Origin: a virus
Lineage: Duplodnaviria; Caudoviricetes
Direction: 5' to 3' (one strand)
DNA length: 24,927 bases
IMG/VR virus record: IMGVR_UViG_3300020045_007082
Span: 1-24,927 of that record
The stretch's first letter is position 1, and each line of letters starts with the position of its first letter. The notes under the pieces were generated by a model. That model did not search any database. It was not told the DNA's origin and saw nothing but the letters and a program-made list of their open reading frames with translations. Below are positions 1 to 6,845 of the stretch, in pieces. The position numbers were made by a program, and so were the translations under genes.

Positions 1-158
1 GGCAGGCGCAACACAATATTGATATTGCTGGGTATAAATTTGAAGACAGGACAGATAAGGTTCTGCGTAACTGCGTAGATTCTAATCTAGGTCTGCATCT
101 TTTGGAATGTTCGTATTCCACAAGTCCACCGACCATCGCCCAGGCGGCGTTATTTTGA
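1..158 (+). CDS. DNA cytosine-C5 methyltransferase, C-terminal part (5' end outside window)
   Basis: Manual translation from base 3: QAQHNIDIAGYKFEDRTDKVLRNCVDSNLGLHLLECSYSTSPPTIAQAALF*, 46/51 identical to the C-terminus of the 5073..5705 MTase. Confidence 0.85.
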   Translation, partial: QAQHNIDIAGYKFEDRTDKVLRNCVDSNLGLHLLECSYSTSPPTIAQAALF

Positions 159-168
159 TGGAGGCGGC

Positions 169-285
169 ATGACAGACGAAGAGTTCAAGGAATCACTTCT
201 TGAGGTTTTGCGTGATATAGCCGAATCGCTGCAATTCCTGTGTGACAAGGTAGAACATGCAACAGGTTCCGATGAGGAAGGCTAA
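169..285 (+). CDS. Small hypothetical phage protein (38 aa)
   Basis: MTDEEFKESLLEVLRDIAESLQFLCDKVEHATGSDEEG*, GGAGG RBS upstream; homolog at 4955..5062 (-). Confidence 0.75.
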   Translation: MTDEEFKESLLEVLRDIAESLQFLCDKVEHATGSDEEG

Positions 286-808
286 GAACTGTAGGATATG
301 CCACAGTCAATTTTTCCCCCTATCAACGATGTCCAGAACCTGCTCTATTCCCTGTGCCTTAACCGACAACGCGCACAAAAAGGTCAAAGCTTTTGATGCC
401 GTGACCCGAGAGCGCAAACGTGCCATAAAAACACGTCAGCAATGGCTCCAGGAGGCTCAGAAATCGTTTAACGCTTACATCAGGGCGAGGGACAGGGGTT
501 TACCTTGCATCTCCTGCGGTGCGCTCACAGGGCAATTCCATGCGGGACATTACAGACCGACATCCACCCAGTCGGTACTCAGGTTCAACGAGTTCAATGT
601 GAATGCCCAGTGTGCGACCTGTAATAATCACAAATCTGGCAATCTGACTGGGTATAGAATTGGTTTAATAGGCAAGATTGGCACTACCCTTGTCGAGTGG
701 CTAGACCTTGACCACAAAGGCGACAGGCCGGACATTGAGCAGTTGAAATGGATCAAGAAACATTACCAGCAGAAAACCAAGGAATTACACCATGCGCGAG
801 CGAACTGA
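257..808 (+). CDS. ninG: NinG/Rap-family recombination nuclease
   Basis: N-terminal CxxC...CSxxC, FNAYIRARD, PCISCG, HAGHY, LRFNEFN, QCxxCN-xKSGN motifs typical of lambda NinG; start could be the second Met (272). Confidence 0.85.
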   Translation: MQQVPMRKAKNCRICHSQFFPLSTMSRTCSIPCALTDNAHKKVKAFDAVTRERKRAIKTRQQWLQEAQKSFNAYIRARDRGLPCISCGALTGQFHAGHYRPTSTQSVLRFNEFNVNAQCATCNNHKSGNLTGYRIGLIGKIGTTLVEWLDLDHKGDRPDIEQLKWIKKHYQQKTKELHHARAN

Positions 809-884
809 ATTGTTTTATGTAGGCTGGATGATGGCCGCACTGGCTACCCTGGCGATATTCGTGAACGTATATGACATCCTTTGA
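792..884 (+). CDS. Small hydrophobic peptide (30 aa), putative
   Basis: MRERTELFYVGWMMAALATLAIFVNVYDIL*; fills the gap between ninG and the next ORF with short overlaps; absent from the mirror arm. Confidence 0.4.
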   Translation: MRERTELFYVGWMMAALATLAIFVNVYDIL

Positions 885-1053
885 AAAATGGTATGCCACC
901 CGATATGGTGTTTTCCCCACACCAAAAGATCAGTGGGTGTTTTTCGGGCTATGGAAATGGTCGGTGGAACAAAGGAAAAAGGAATACAATGGGATCAGGC
1001 ATCCGATTGTTAATCCGCATATTGCGCGTAAAATGGCAGAGCAACTTTCGTAA
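871..1053 (+). CDS. Hypothetical phage protein (60 aa)
   Basis: Homologous frame in the mirror arm (TRYGVFPTP..WVFFGLWKWS) with mostly third-position substitutions supports coding. Confidence 0.7.
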   Translation: MTSFEKWYATRYGVFPTPKDQWVFFGLWKWSVEQRKKEYNGIRHPIVNPHIARKMAEQLS

Positions 1054-1061
1054 GTCTAGAC

Positions 1062-1192
1062 GGTATTTTCCGGAGGTGGGTTTTTTCTGGGGGTACCCTG
1101 GCCGGTTGGTTTTTTCCAGGGGTGGCAAGACCAGAGGGTTTTTTCCGGCCCAGTTGGTATTTTCCGGAGGTGGGTTTTTTCCGTCCCTGCCC
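1062..1192. repeat. Array of six GGTWTTTTCY motifs in a GC-rich non-coding tract
   Basis: Copies start at 1062, 1079, 1108, 1137, 1156, 1173; lies where two operons converge. Confidence 0.9.
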
Positions 1193-1198
1193 CGTCGA

Positions 1199-1237
1199 GG
1201 TGACGATTTTTGTCACAAAGTGACGTTTTTTGTCACC
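1199..1237. promoter_or_regulatory. Tandem GTGAC-N7-GTCAC palindromes (operator-like)
   Basis: GTGAC gattttt GTCAC aaa GTGAC gtttttt GTCAC at 1200-1236; function inferred only. Confidence 0.5.
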
Positions 1238-1273
1238 TGCCCTATGCATGCTTTTGCATAGCCTCGTGCCACC

Positions 1274-1498
1274 CTAGTTTTTAAATCCGTCGTTGTAAGA
1301 CTTACCTATTTCTATCTCACTTACACTGCCACCAAAATAATCCATTGCATCATTAAAGGATTTTTGGCAATTGTAGCCAGCTGCCATTTTTTTATACTCT
1401 TTTCTTAACTTCACGAGTGCGCCATTTTCTGTTGTATCCAGGATGCATATACCATACCCAAAGCATTCTGGGATCTGAGCTAGCCAAATTGTTTCCAT
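1274..1498 (-). CDS. Hypothetical protein (74 aa, METIWLAQ...)
   Basis: AAGGGGG RBS before ATG at 1498; the longer ORF-track start (1549) lies inside a hairpin. Confidence 0.7.
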   Translation of the reverse strand: METIWLAQIPECFGYGICILDTTENGALVKLRKEYKKMAAGYNCQKSFNDAMDYFGGSVSEIEIGKSYNDGFKN

Positions 1499-1531
1499 GT
1501 TTAATACCCCCTTATCGTATGCCCTAATGCA

Positions 1532-1568
1532 TACACCATAACGCGCCACAATGACGCGCTACAGTGTA
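1532..1568 (-). other. 17-bp G-U-rich RNA hairpin after GP88-like gene (processing site or terminator candidate)
   Basis: Minus strand TACACTGTAGCGCGTCA-TTG-TGGCGCGTTATGGTGTA pairs fully with G-U pairs. Confidence 0.7.
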
Positions 1569-1572
1569 GACA

Positions 1573-2261
1573 CTAAGCTATTTTCAGGATTTGCATCGCC
1601 TCATGATAATTATGCTGAGTGACAAAAAAGCTTTGTGCAGTCTCATTTGCCCTATCAAGTTTATTTGATCCTTTACGCTTTAGTGCGCCTTTTGAACCAG
1701 CATCGTCTAACGGGCGCAAATCCGTAGTATCGAAATCAATCAATTGTGCGGGAATGCGTAGCGACTCATCCGGCAAATTTTTGGTATTAAATGCTACTAC
1801 AAGTTTTAACTTTCTATCTACTGCCTTAGACAATGCTGCCTTGGATTGTTTGCTATACATGCTACCCGAAAATGTTAAGTCGTAATTTGCCAGGGTATTG
1901 GCGCGTACTCGTGAGAGTATTTTTGTATAGTCGTAAAAAGCACTATTTGGGCGTGATGCGATAATATCTGAAAAGTCTATATCACTAGTGCCATTTAATC
2001 GGAATAGTGCGGGAATTCCCGTCTTGATAGCTTTCAATTCAGCCCGATCGATTTCAGCCAAAATACGGGATTTAAAATAGTCCGGCGCAAGTAACATTAA
2101 AATAGTACGCTTAGTTGCGGCCTTTTGTCCTGTAGTCATTCCTAATTGTCCGGATGATATAAGGCAAGGTTTAACGCATCCTGAATATTCTGCAGCCGCA
2201 CACAGAGTCTTTGTACTAACCTTATTTGCTGGTTGTAAATACATTATATAGGTGTCTCTTT
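1573..2261 (-). pseudogene. GP88-like phage protein, 5'-truncated copy (open from ATG 2244)
   Basis: 206/223 aa identical to the 2815..3642 product by manual count; lacks the first ~46 codons; remnant codons R-D-T-Y-I precede the internal Met. Confidence 0.75.
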
Positions 2262-2561
2262 ACGGCCAGCGATTAGGTAACCGTCGTTCCCGATTTCCGG
2301 CCTGTTTAGTTGATCTGATTTAGTTCGCTTGCTATGGCAAGAGTGGCACAACGTCTGCAGGTTATCCAATACCAGAGAAAGACCAGGATATGACCGTCTA
2401 GGCTTTATATGGTCGACATGTGGACTAGGTTTATTGTGTTTTGCGCCTAAGCATTTAATGCCACAAATAGAGCAGGTATATCTATCACGTTTTAACGCAG
2501 TACTACGCAAGACTCGCCATTGTGCGCTTTTATAAAAAGGATCAGCTATTTTGTGAGACAT
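2244..2561 (-). CDS. HNH endonuclease, HK97 gp74-like (terminase-associated type)
   Basis: FYKSAQWR..R..ALKRDRYTCSICG...VDHIKP...LDNLQTLCHSCHSKRT and C-terminal IGNDGY; last codons (KETPI*) come from the junction sequence. Confidence 0.85.
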   Translation of the reverse strand: MSHKIADPFYKSAQWRVLRSTALKRDRYTCSICGIKCLGAKHNKPSPHVDHIKPRRSYPGLSLVLDNLQTLCHSCHSKRTKSDQLNRPEIGNDGYLIAGRKETPI

Positions 2562-2814
2562 ACAGTCAAATGATAAAACGCTATAGCAGATAGCATTAAA
2601 CCTAAACTTAATACTGTCATTGCAAGGATAATCCCGCGCATCCAGGTATTCCTAATAAGAATAATACTTATCCTATCATACGCAATAACTATGATATAGC
2701 AGATATGCATATGATTAATAACATGCTATGAATTCTAATCATTGGAGCAAAAATAGTGTGATCACTAAACTGTTGTTGTTGGCGAATACCTCGCCATTAA
2801 TTGGAGCTTTAAAT

Positions 2815-3642
2815 ATGATCACTATTGAACAAATCAAGACCTCAACTCTTATTAACGATAGCGCGAAAATTTGGGCTATTGATAACCTAGAATACCTGAA
2901 TAAACCAATGACGTTTTTTGGTTCATCTACCAAAGTAGAAAAGGGCAGTGAAAAACGAGACACCTATATAATGTATTTGCAACCAGCTAATAAGGTTAGT
3001 ACGCAGACTCTGTGTGCAGCTGCAGAATTCTCCGGATGCGTTAAACCTTGCCTTATATCATCCGGACAATTAGGAATGACTACCGGACAAAAGGCCGCAA
3101 CTAAGCGCACTATTTTAATGTTACTTGCGCCGGACTATTTTAAATCCCGTATCCTGGCTGAAATCGATAGGGCTGAATTAAAAGCACGCAAGACGGGAAT
3201 ACCTGCTCTGTTTAGGTTAAATGGTACAAGTGATGTCGATTTCTCCGACATTATCGCATCACGTCCAAATTCAAATTTTTATGATTACACCAAGGTGCTG
3301 TCACGGGTGCGATCTAATACTCTTGCAAATTATGACTTAACTTTTTCAGGTAGCATGTATAGCAAACAATCCAAGGCGGCACTGTCTAAGGCTGTAGATA
3401 GGAAATTAAAACTAGTCGTGGCATTTAATACTAAAAATTTGCCTGATGAGTCTTTACGGATTCCCGCGCAATTGATTGACTTTGACGCTACTGATTTACG
3501 CCCATTAGATTTACCTGGTAGCAAAGGTGCGCTAAAGCGCAAAGGATCAAATAAACTTGATAGGGCTGGTGAGACGGATAAAAGCTTTTTTATCACTGAG
3601 CATAACTATAGTGAGGCTATGGCAATTCTTAAAATAGCCTAG
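2815..3642 (+). CDS. GP88-like phage protein (full length, 275 aa)
   Basis: YLQPA...C-AAA...C..PCL..SG, RLNGTSD, FYDYTK, NYDLTFS, DxTDLRPLD motifs recalled for the gene-product-88 family; GGAG RBS before ATG 2815. Confidence 0.75.
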   Translation: MITIEQIKTSTLINDSAKIWAIDNLEYLNKPMTFFGSSTKVEKGSEKRDTYIMYLQPANKVSTQTLCAAAEFSGCVKPCLISSGQLGMTTGQKAATKRTILMLLAPDYFKSRILAEIDRAELKARKTGIPALFRLNGTSDVDFSDIIASRPNSNFYDYTKVLSRVRSNTLANYDLTFSGSMYSKQSKAALSKAVDRKLKLVVAFNTKNLPDESLRIPAQLIDFDATDLRPLDLPGSKGALKRKGSNKLDRAGETDKSFFITEHNYSEAMAILKIA

Positions 3643-3644
3643 TC

Positions 3645-3689
3645 ACTAGTCTGGCATATCTGCGCTGCGGGTATGCTGGACTAGTTTTT
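3645..3689 (+). other. 19-bp G-U-rich RNA hairpin plus T-tract after GP88-like gene
   Basis: ACTAGTCTGGCATATCTGC-GCT-GCGGGTATGCTGGACTAGT-TTTT. Confidence 0.7.
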
Positions 3690-3714
3690 AGGTGTTAATT
3701 ATGGGGGTGTTACA

Positions 3715-3831
3715 ATGGCATTATTAGGTGTATTAACTGGTATAACTTTGGGTTGCCTTTTTATTGGGCATATAGGTCTTGCAGTAATAGGCGCTATATT
3801 ATGCGCGGGGTTTTATACTGTCTTGAACTGA
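3715..3831 (+). CDS. Small membrane protein (38 aa)
   Basis: MALLGVLTGITLGCLFIGHIGLAVIGAILCAGFYTVLN*, GGGGGTG RBS; same slot as 1274..1498 in the mirror arm. Confidence 0.6.
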   Translation: MALLGVLTGITLGCLFIGHIGLAVIGAILCAGFYTVLN

Positions 3832-3936
3832 TGGCATAGTTTCAATGCATACCTGGAATGCTATAGGCTGGCTGTAAGCTGCAGACTATGCCCTATGGTA
3901 CCTAATTGTCTATGCCTTGATCATTATCCTAACAAT

Positions 3937-4072
3937 GGCAGGGGCAGGGGCAGGGCTGGAAAATACCCCCAGAAAAAACCCTCTGGTAGGGACGGAAAAA
4001 ACCCTCTGGTCTGGAAAAAACCAACCGGCCAGGGTACCTCCGGAAAAAACCCACCTCCAGAAAAAACCAACC
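3937..4072. repeat. Array of six RGAAAAWACC motifs (reverse complement of left array) preceded by (GGCAGG)x3
   Basis: Copies start at 3958, 3971, 3994, 4013, 4042, 4059. Confidence 0.9.
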
Positions 4073-4078
4073 GCGAAA

Positions 4079-4222
4079 TTATCTTACAGATGAAAGGGCG
4101 AACCCAAATGCCAACATACAAATTATTATAATGCTCAACGCTAGCCAATCTTTCCAATCTACCCGCAAATCATACCGTATATTCTCTGGGCCTTTTGGGC
4201 ATGTCTTTTCGTCATCATTCAT
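4079..4222 (-). CDS. Small membrane protein (47 aa, MNDDEKTC...)
   Basis: ATG overlaps stop of upstream frame; C-terminal hydrophobic helix; absent from mirror arm. Confidence 0.5.
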   Translation of the reverse strand: MNDDEKTCPKGPENIRYDLRVDWKDWLALSIIIICMLAFGFALSSVR

Positions 4223-4399
4223 TTGTTTGCACCAGGCGATTACGCGCAACGTGCGAGTTAACAACCGGACAACTGATCACTCGCGGTTCTTTTTTCTGCT
4301 GCTCGATAGACCATTTCCATAGGCCGAAAAACACCCACCGCTCTCTGGGCGTGGGGAAAACACCGTAACGGGTATTGAACCATATTGTGAAAGGCTCAT
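4215..4399 (-). pseudogene. Homolog of 871..1053, ATG out of frame by 1 nt
   Basis: Frame PFTIWFNTRYGVFPTPRERWVFFGLWKWSIEQQKKE...NE* is conserved; ATG at 4399 gives 185 nt and upstream in-frame codons include TGA. Confidence 0.55.
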
Positions 4400-4965
4400 T
4401 TATTGGAACGACACCAGGTCATCATACTCTGTTCCCACTGCATGGCTTCCTTTGTCCTGTCCTTGTAATACTGCTTTATCCATCTCAACTCGTCTTTGGT
4501 AGCCTTTAGTGGCTTGTGCGGCCCATCGAGCCATTCCACCAATGGAAGCCCGATCCGGTTAATCAAGTTTATGCGATATTCACTGAGGTTTCCTGACTTG
4601 TAGTTATTGCAAAATTCACATTGTACATGGCAGTTGATCTCGTTAAACCGCAGTTCAGGACATGAGCCAACAGGTCGGTAATGTCCAGCATTGATTTTAG
4701 CCCCCGTAGAGCGATTGCAGGACACGCATGGTCTACCCCTATCCCTTGCCCTGATGAATGCGTTAAACGCCGCCTGGGCCTCTTTCTGCCACTCTATGCG
4801 GGTTTTAATGGCGCGTTTCCTTTTGCGGGTCTCGGCGTTAAAGGTCTTCAGCTTTATTCTGTTGTTATGCTCTATTGCACAGGGGACTGAACAAGTTTTA
4901 GACAGGCTGGATACGGGAAAAAAATCCGTAGAACAGACTTTGCACTTTTTGGCTTTATTCTGCAC
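4396..4965 (-). CDS. ninG: NinG/Rap-family recombination nuclease (second copy)
   Basis: Same motif set; about half identical to 257..808 by eye. Confidence 0.85.
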   Translation of the reverse strand: MQNKAKKCKVCSTDFFPVSSLSKTCSVPCAIEHNNRIKLKTFNAETRKRKRAIKTRIEWQKEAQAAFNAFIRARDRGRPCVSCNRSTGAKINAGHYRPVGSCPELRFNEINCHVQCEFCNNYKSGNLSEYRINLINRIGLPLVEWLDGPHKPLKATKDELRWIKQYYKDRTKEAMQWEQSMMTWCRSNK

Positions 4966-5062
4966 TAGTTTCCCTGTCGATTGCGTCTACCAGTATTCTC
5001 AGGCTGTCGGCTATGTCACGCAATACCTCAAGCAGTTCTTCCCTGAACTCTGCGTCCGTCAT
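4955..5062 (-). CDS. Small hypothetical phage protein (35 aa)
   Basis: MTDAEFREELLEVLRDIADSLRILVDAIDRETSAE*, GAGGGAG RBS; homolog of 169..285. Confidence 0.75.
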   Translation of the reverse strand: MTDAEFREELLEVLRDIADSLRILVDAIDRETSAE

Positions 5063-5072
5063 GAGGACTCCC

Positions 5073-5705
5073 TCAAAATAACGCCGCTTGGGCGATGGTC
5101 GGAGGACTGGTGGAATACGAACACTCCAGAAGATGCAACCCGAGAGTAGAGTCCACGCAATTCCTGAGAATCTTGTCGGTTCTATCTTCAAATTTATAAC
5201 CAGCAATATCGACCATGTGCTGTCGCTGCCACTCCAGGCGGTTCCCGCCAAGAATATCTGCATCGGTATGCTGGAATGCCTGTATCGGATAATTGCACCA
5301 GAAAAGGTGTCGACCCATTTTTATGGATGGGGTTACTAGAGGCTCATAAAATGGCGATACATTTTCGACTACCCATTTACCGTCAAAATAATGCTGTAAA
5401 AATAGTATTTCTTCGTACAGCGTCAGATCAGGGTAAACAGGGGCATACCGCCCTCCGCGAGAGCTCCAAAATCTCGCCCTGGAGTGGCTTGGGCACGGGG
5501 GGCTGGCCCATATAAAATCAAAATTCTTGAAGTTACCTAAAAGGTACTGGTGAGCATCCCCCACTATCACTGTGTCATCTGGATAATGGTCGCTGTAAAA
5601 CTGTGCTATATCTGGCCGGAACTCCACTGCAGTGACATCGACATCAGTCCACAACCGGCGATTTCCACCCAATCCTGCATATAGATTGAGTACACGCAGT
5701 TTCAT
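5073..5705 (-). CDS. Short DNA cytosine-C5 methyltransferase
   Basis: Motif I LNLYAGLGG, motif IV WASPPCPSHS, motif VI VVENV, C-terminal LRNCV. Confidence 0.85.
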   Translation of the reverse strand: MKLRVLNLYAGLGGNRRLWTDVDVTAVEFRPDIAQFYSDHYPDDTVIVGDAHQYLLGNFKNFDFIWASPPCPSHSRARFWSSRGGRYAPVYPDLTLYEEILFLQHYFDGKWVVENVSPFYEPLVTPSIKMGRHLFWCNYPIQAFQHTDADILGGNRLEWQRQHMVDIAGYKFEDRTDKILRNCVDSTLGLHLLECSYSTSPPTIAQAALF

Positions 5706-6016
5706 CGCTCACACTCCGAGAACCGATCTGGGAATGGTACTGAGATACCATGCTTCTCAGCAAGGTGTCTGGAAACTACCTGATATACCATATCAACCTC
5801 TTTCGTGGTCAATTCAGTGGTGGACTCTTTGTCCAGCATGATGTCCTGCACTGGCTTCCAGATGTGGTTCTTAACCAGTTCTGGGGTAGCGGGTATTTCG
5901 ATACCTGGCTTCAATAAGGCCTTCATATCGATTCCTTTTGCCACCAGCTCTTCGGCGAGCATCGCGCAGAATTTGTGAATTGCATTGTTCTGCCTGGGTG
6001 TTCTCTGTTCGCTCAC
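5702..6016 (-). CDS. NinB/Orf-like recombination accessory protein
   Basis: RTPRQN..IH, STTELTTKE, GISVPFP motifs; nin-region context. Confidence 0.65.
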   Translation of the reverse strand: MSEQRTPRQNNAIHKFCAMLAEELVAKGIDMKALLKPGIEIPATPELVKNHIWKPVQDIMLDKESTTELTTKEVDMVYQVVSRHLAEKHGISVPFPDRFSECER

Positions 6017-6088
6017 TTGCGCTTCCTATTTTTCAACCGCTTGGCGGTTACCCTTTTTATTCGACGCTTTGCCTCACGGTTCCTTTCC

Positions 6089-6307
6089 TCATGTATGCTG
6101 CACTGAGGACTTCTGTGCTTTTTCATACGCTAGACGCTCCCATCGTAGTTGTAAGTGTTTCTCCACCAGTGGCCTGAGATTCTCTGGTACTAACTTGAGT
6201 GCTTCTCGCCTGTCCTCTAAGCGGGGTAGTCCACTGATCTCTAAAGCCCATTGTCTCGCCGGTTTGGTAGATGGCGCGGAATTGGCTGGTGGTAATATTT
6301 TGCCCAA
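6089..6307 (-). CDS. Hypothetical phage protein
   Basis: ORF in operon orientation, GAGG RBS; helical RREALKLVPENLRPLVEKHL segment. Confidence 0.6.
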   Translation of the reverse strand: MGKILPPANSAPSTKPARQWALEISGLPRLEDRREALKLVPENLRPLVEKHLQLRWERLAYEKAQKSSVQHT

Positions 6308-6340
6308 GTGACACCTCGCTATCGGTTAGATGGTAGCCTC

Positions 6341-6661
6341 TCATTGTGGCGTACCCAGTCTATCAGATGGTCTTATCGCAAGCTGCTGGTTTGTTTTCAG
6401 CCTCCAGGGCTTCCGCAGGAGCAAGGGAGGAGGTCTCTGGTAGACAGTTCTACCCTCACGGCTTGTTCCTTTCCTTTGCCGCTGGTGAAACTTTACCAAT
6501 CTACCTTGTACTGTGAGGTTGTTCAGCAAGTCCCTCGCCTGGGATACAGAGACCTTCAATAGCGATGATATCACCGGAGCATCAAATGAGTCGCCAGACT
6601 GGTACAGGTGACTTGCTATAATCTGGCTGTATTGGATTTCCCTGTCCAGTGGTTTACCCAT
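6341..6661 (-). CDS. Hypothetical protein, possible winged-helix DNA-binding fold
   Basis: ISSLLKVSVSQARDLLNNLTVQGRLVK pattern; CAGGAG RBS. Confidence 0.6.
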   Translation of the reverse strand: MGKPLDREIQYSQIIASHLYQSGDSFDAPVISSLLKVSVSQARDLLNNLTVQGRLVKFHQRQRKGTSREGRTVYQRPPPLLLRKPWRLKTNQQLAIRPSDRLGTPQ

Positions 6662-6845
6662 GCGATCTCCTGACTACTCTTTTCCCATTGTGGCTAAAAT
6701 ACTGCCCGTACTTATCAAGACATGAATTTCTGAACCCATCATCGTTGGCAAAGTCGTGGGTCAAATCATCAAGGGTAGTCATGTCCCTAGTCGCAGTAGA
6801 CTTCTTCGATTGATCCCCTTCCGCTCGGTGCTTTTGTGATTCCAT
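6654..6845 (-). CDS. Hypothetical protein (start uncertain, overlaps initiator 3' end)
   Basis: ORF track; fills gap in the operon. Confidence 0.35.
   Translation of the reverse strand: MESQKHRAEGDQSKKSTATRDMTTLDDLTHDFANDDGFRNSCLDKYGQYFSHNGKRVVRRSHG

Larger units (their letters stand above)
1..2261. repeat. Left arm of a large diverged inverted duplication (mirror of ~2954..5230; continues beyond window start)
   Basis: Same gene order in mirror orientation (MTase, 35-38 aa ORF, NinG, ~60 aa ORF, motif array, hairpin, GP88). Homology stops abruptly at ~2261 (minus strand AAAGAGACACCTATATAATG vs AAACGAGACACCTATATAATG at 2953-2973). Confidence 0.95.
2954..5230. repeat. Right arm of the diverged inverted duplication
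   Basis: Reverse-complement homology to 1..2261, gene by gene. Confidence 0.95.

Noticed and set aside
1062-1192. CRISPR array interpretation of the motif arrays (also 3958-4068)
   Set aside because: Repeats are only 10 nt, spacers are 3-19 nt and reused, and no cas genes are present
881-1261. ORFs crossing the arrays (881..1261, 1010..1249, 3895..4131, 3924..4157)
   Set aside because: Low-complexity GFF/KKP translations caused by stop-free repeats; frames are not conserved between arms
1619-1885. Conserved antisense ORF pair (1619..1885 and 3330..3596)
   Set aside because: Shadows of the two GP88 copies; similarity is explained by the sense strand
2244-2561. HNH as a homing endonuclease or intron inserted into GP88
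   Set aside because: The missing GP88 5' part is not present on the minus strand upstream of the HNH, and the protein resembles the packaging-associated type
2262-2953. Hairpin telomere or invertase-controlled segment at the mirror centre
   Set aside because: Arms are far from identical, the centre is asymmetric with ~690 unique bases, and no protelomerase or recombinase is visible; homologous inversion through the GP88 copies cannot be excluded
1573-3642. Diversity-generating retroelement TR/VR pair
   Set aside because: Differences are not adenine-restricted, span whole genes, and no reverse transcriptase is present
6654-6845. Frameshifted true C-terminus of the initiator (TRDMTTLDDLTHDFA)
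   Set aside because: Suggestive but no supporting slip site or homolog evidence from sequence alone
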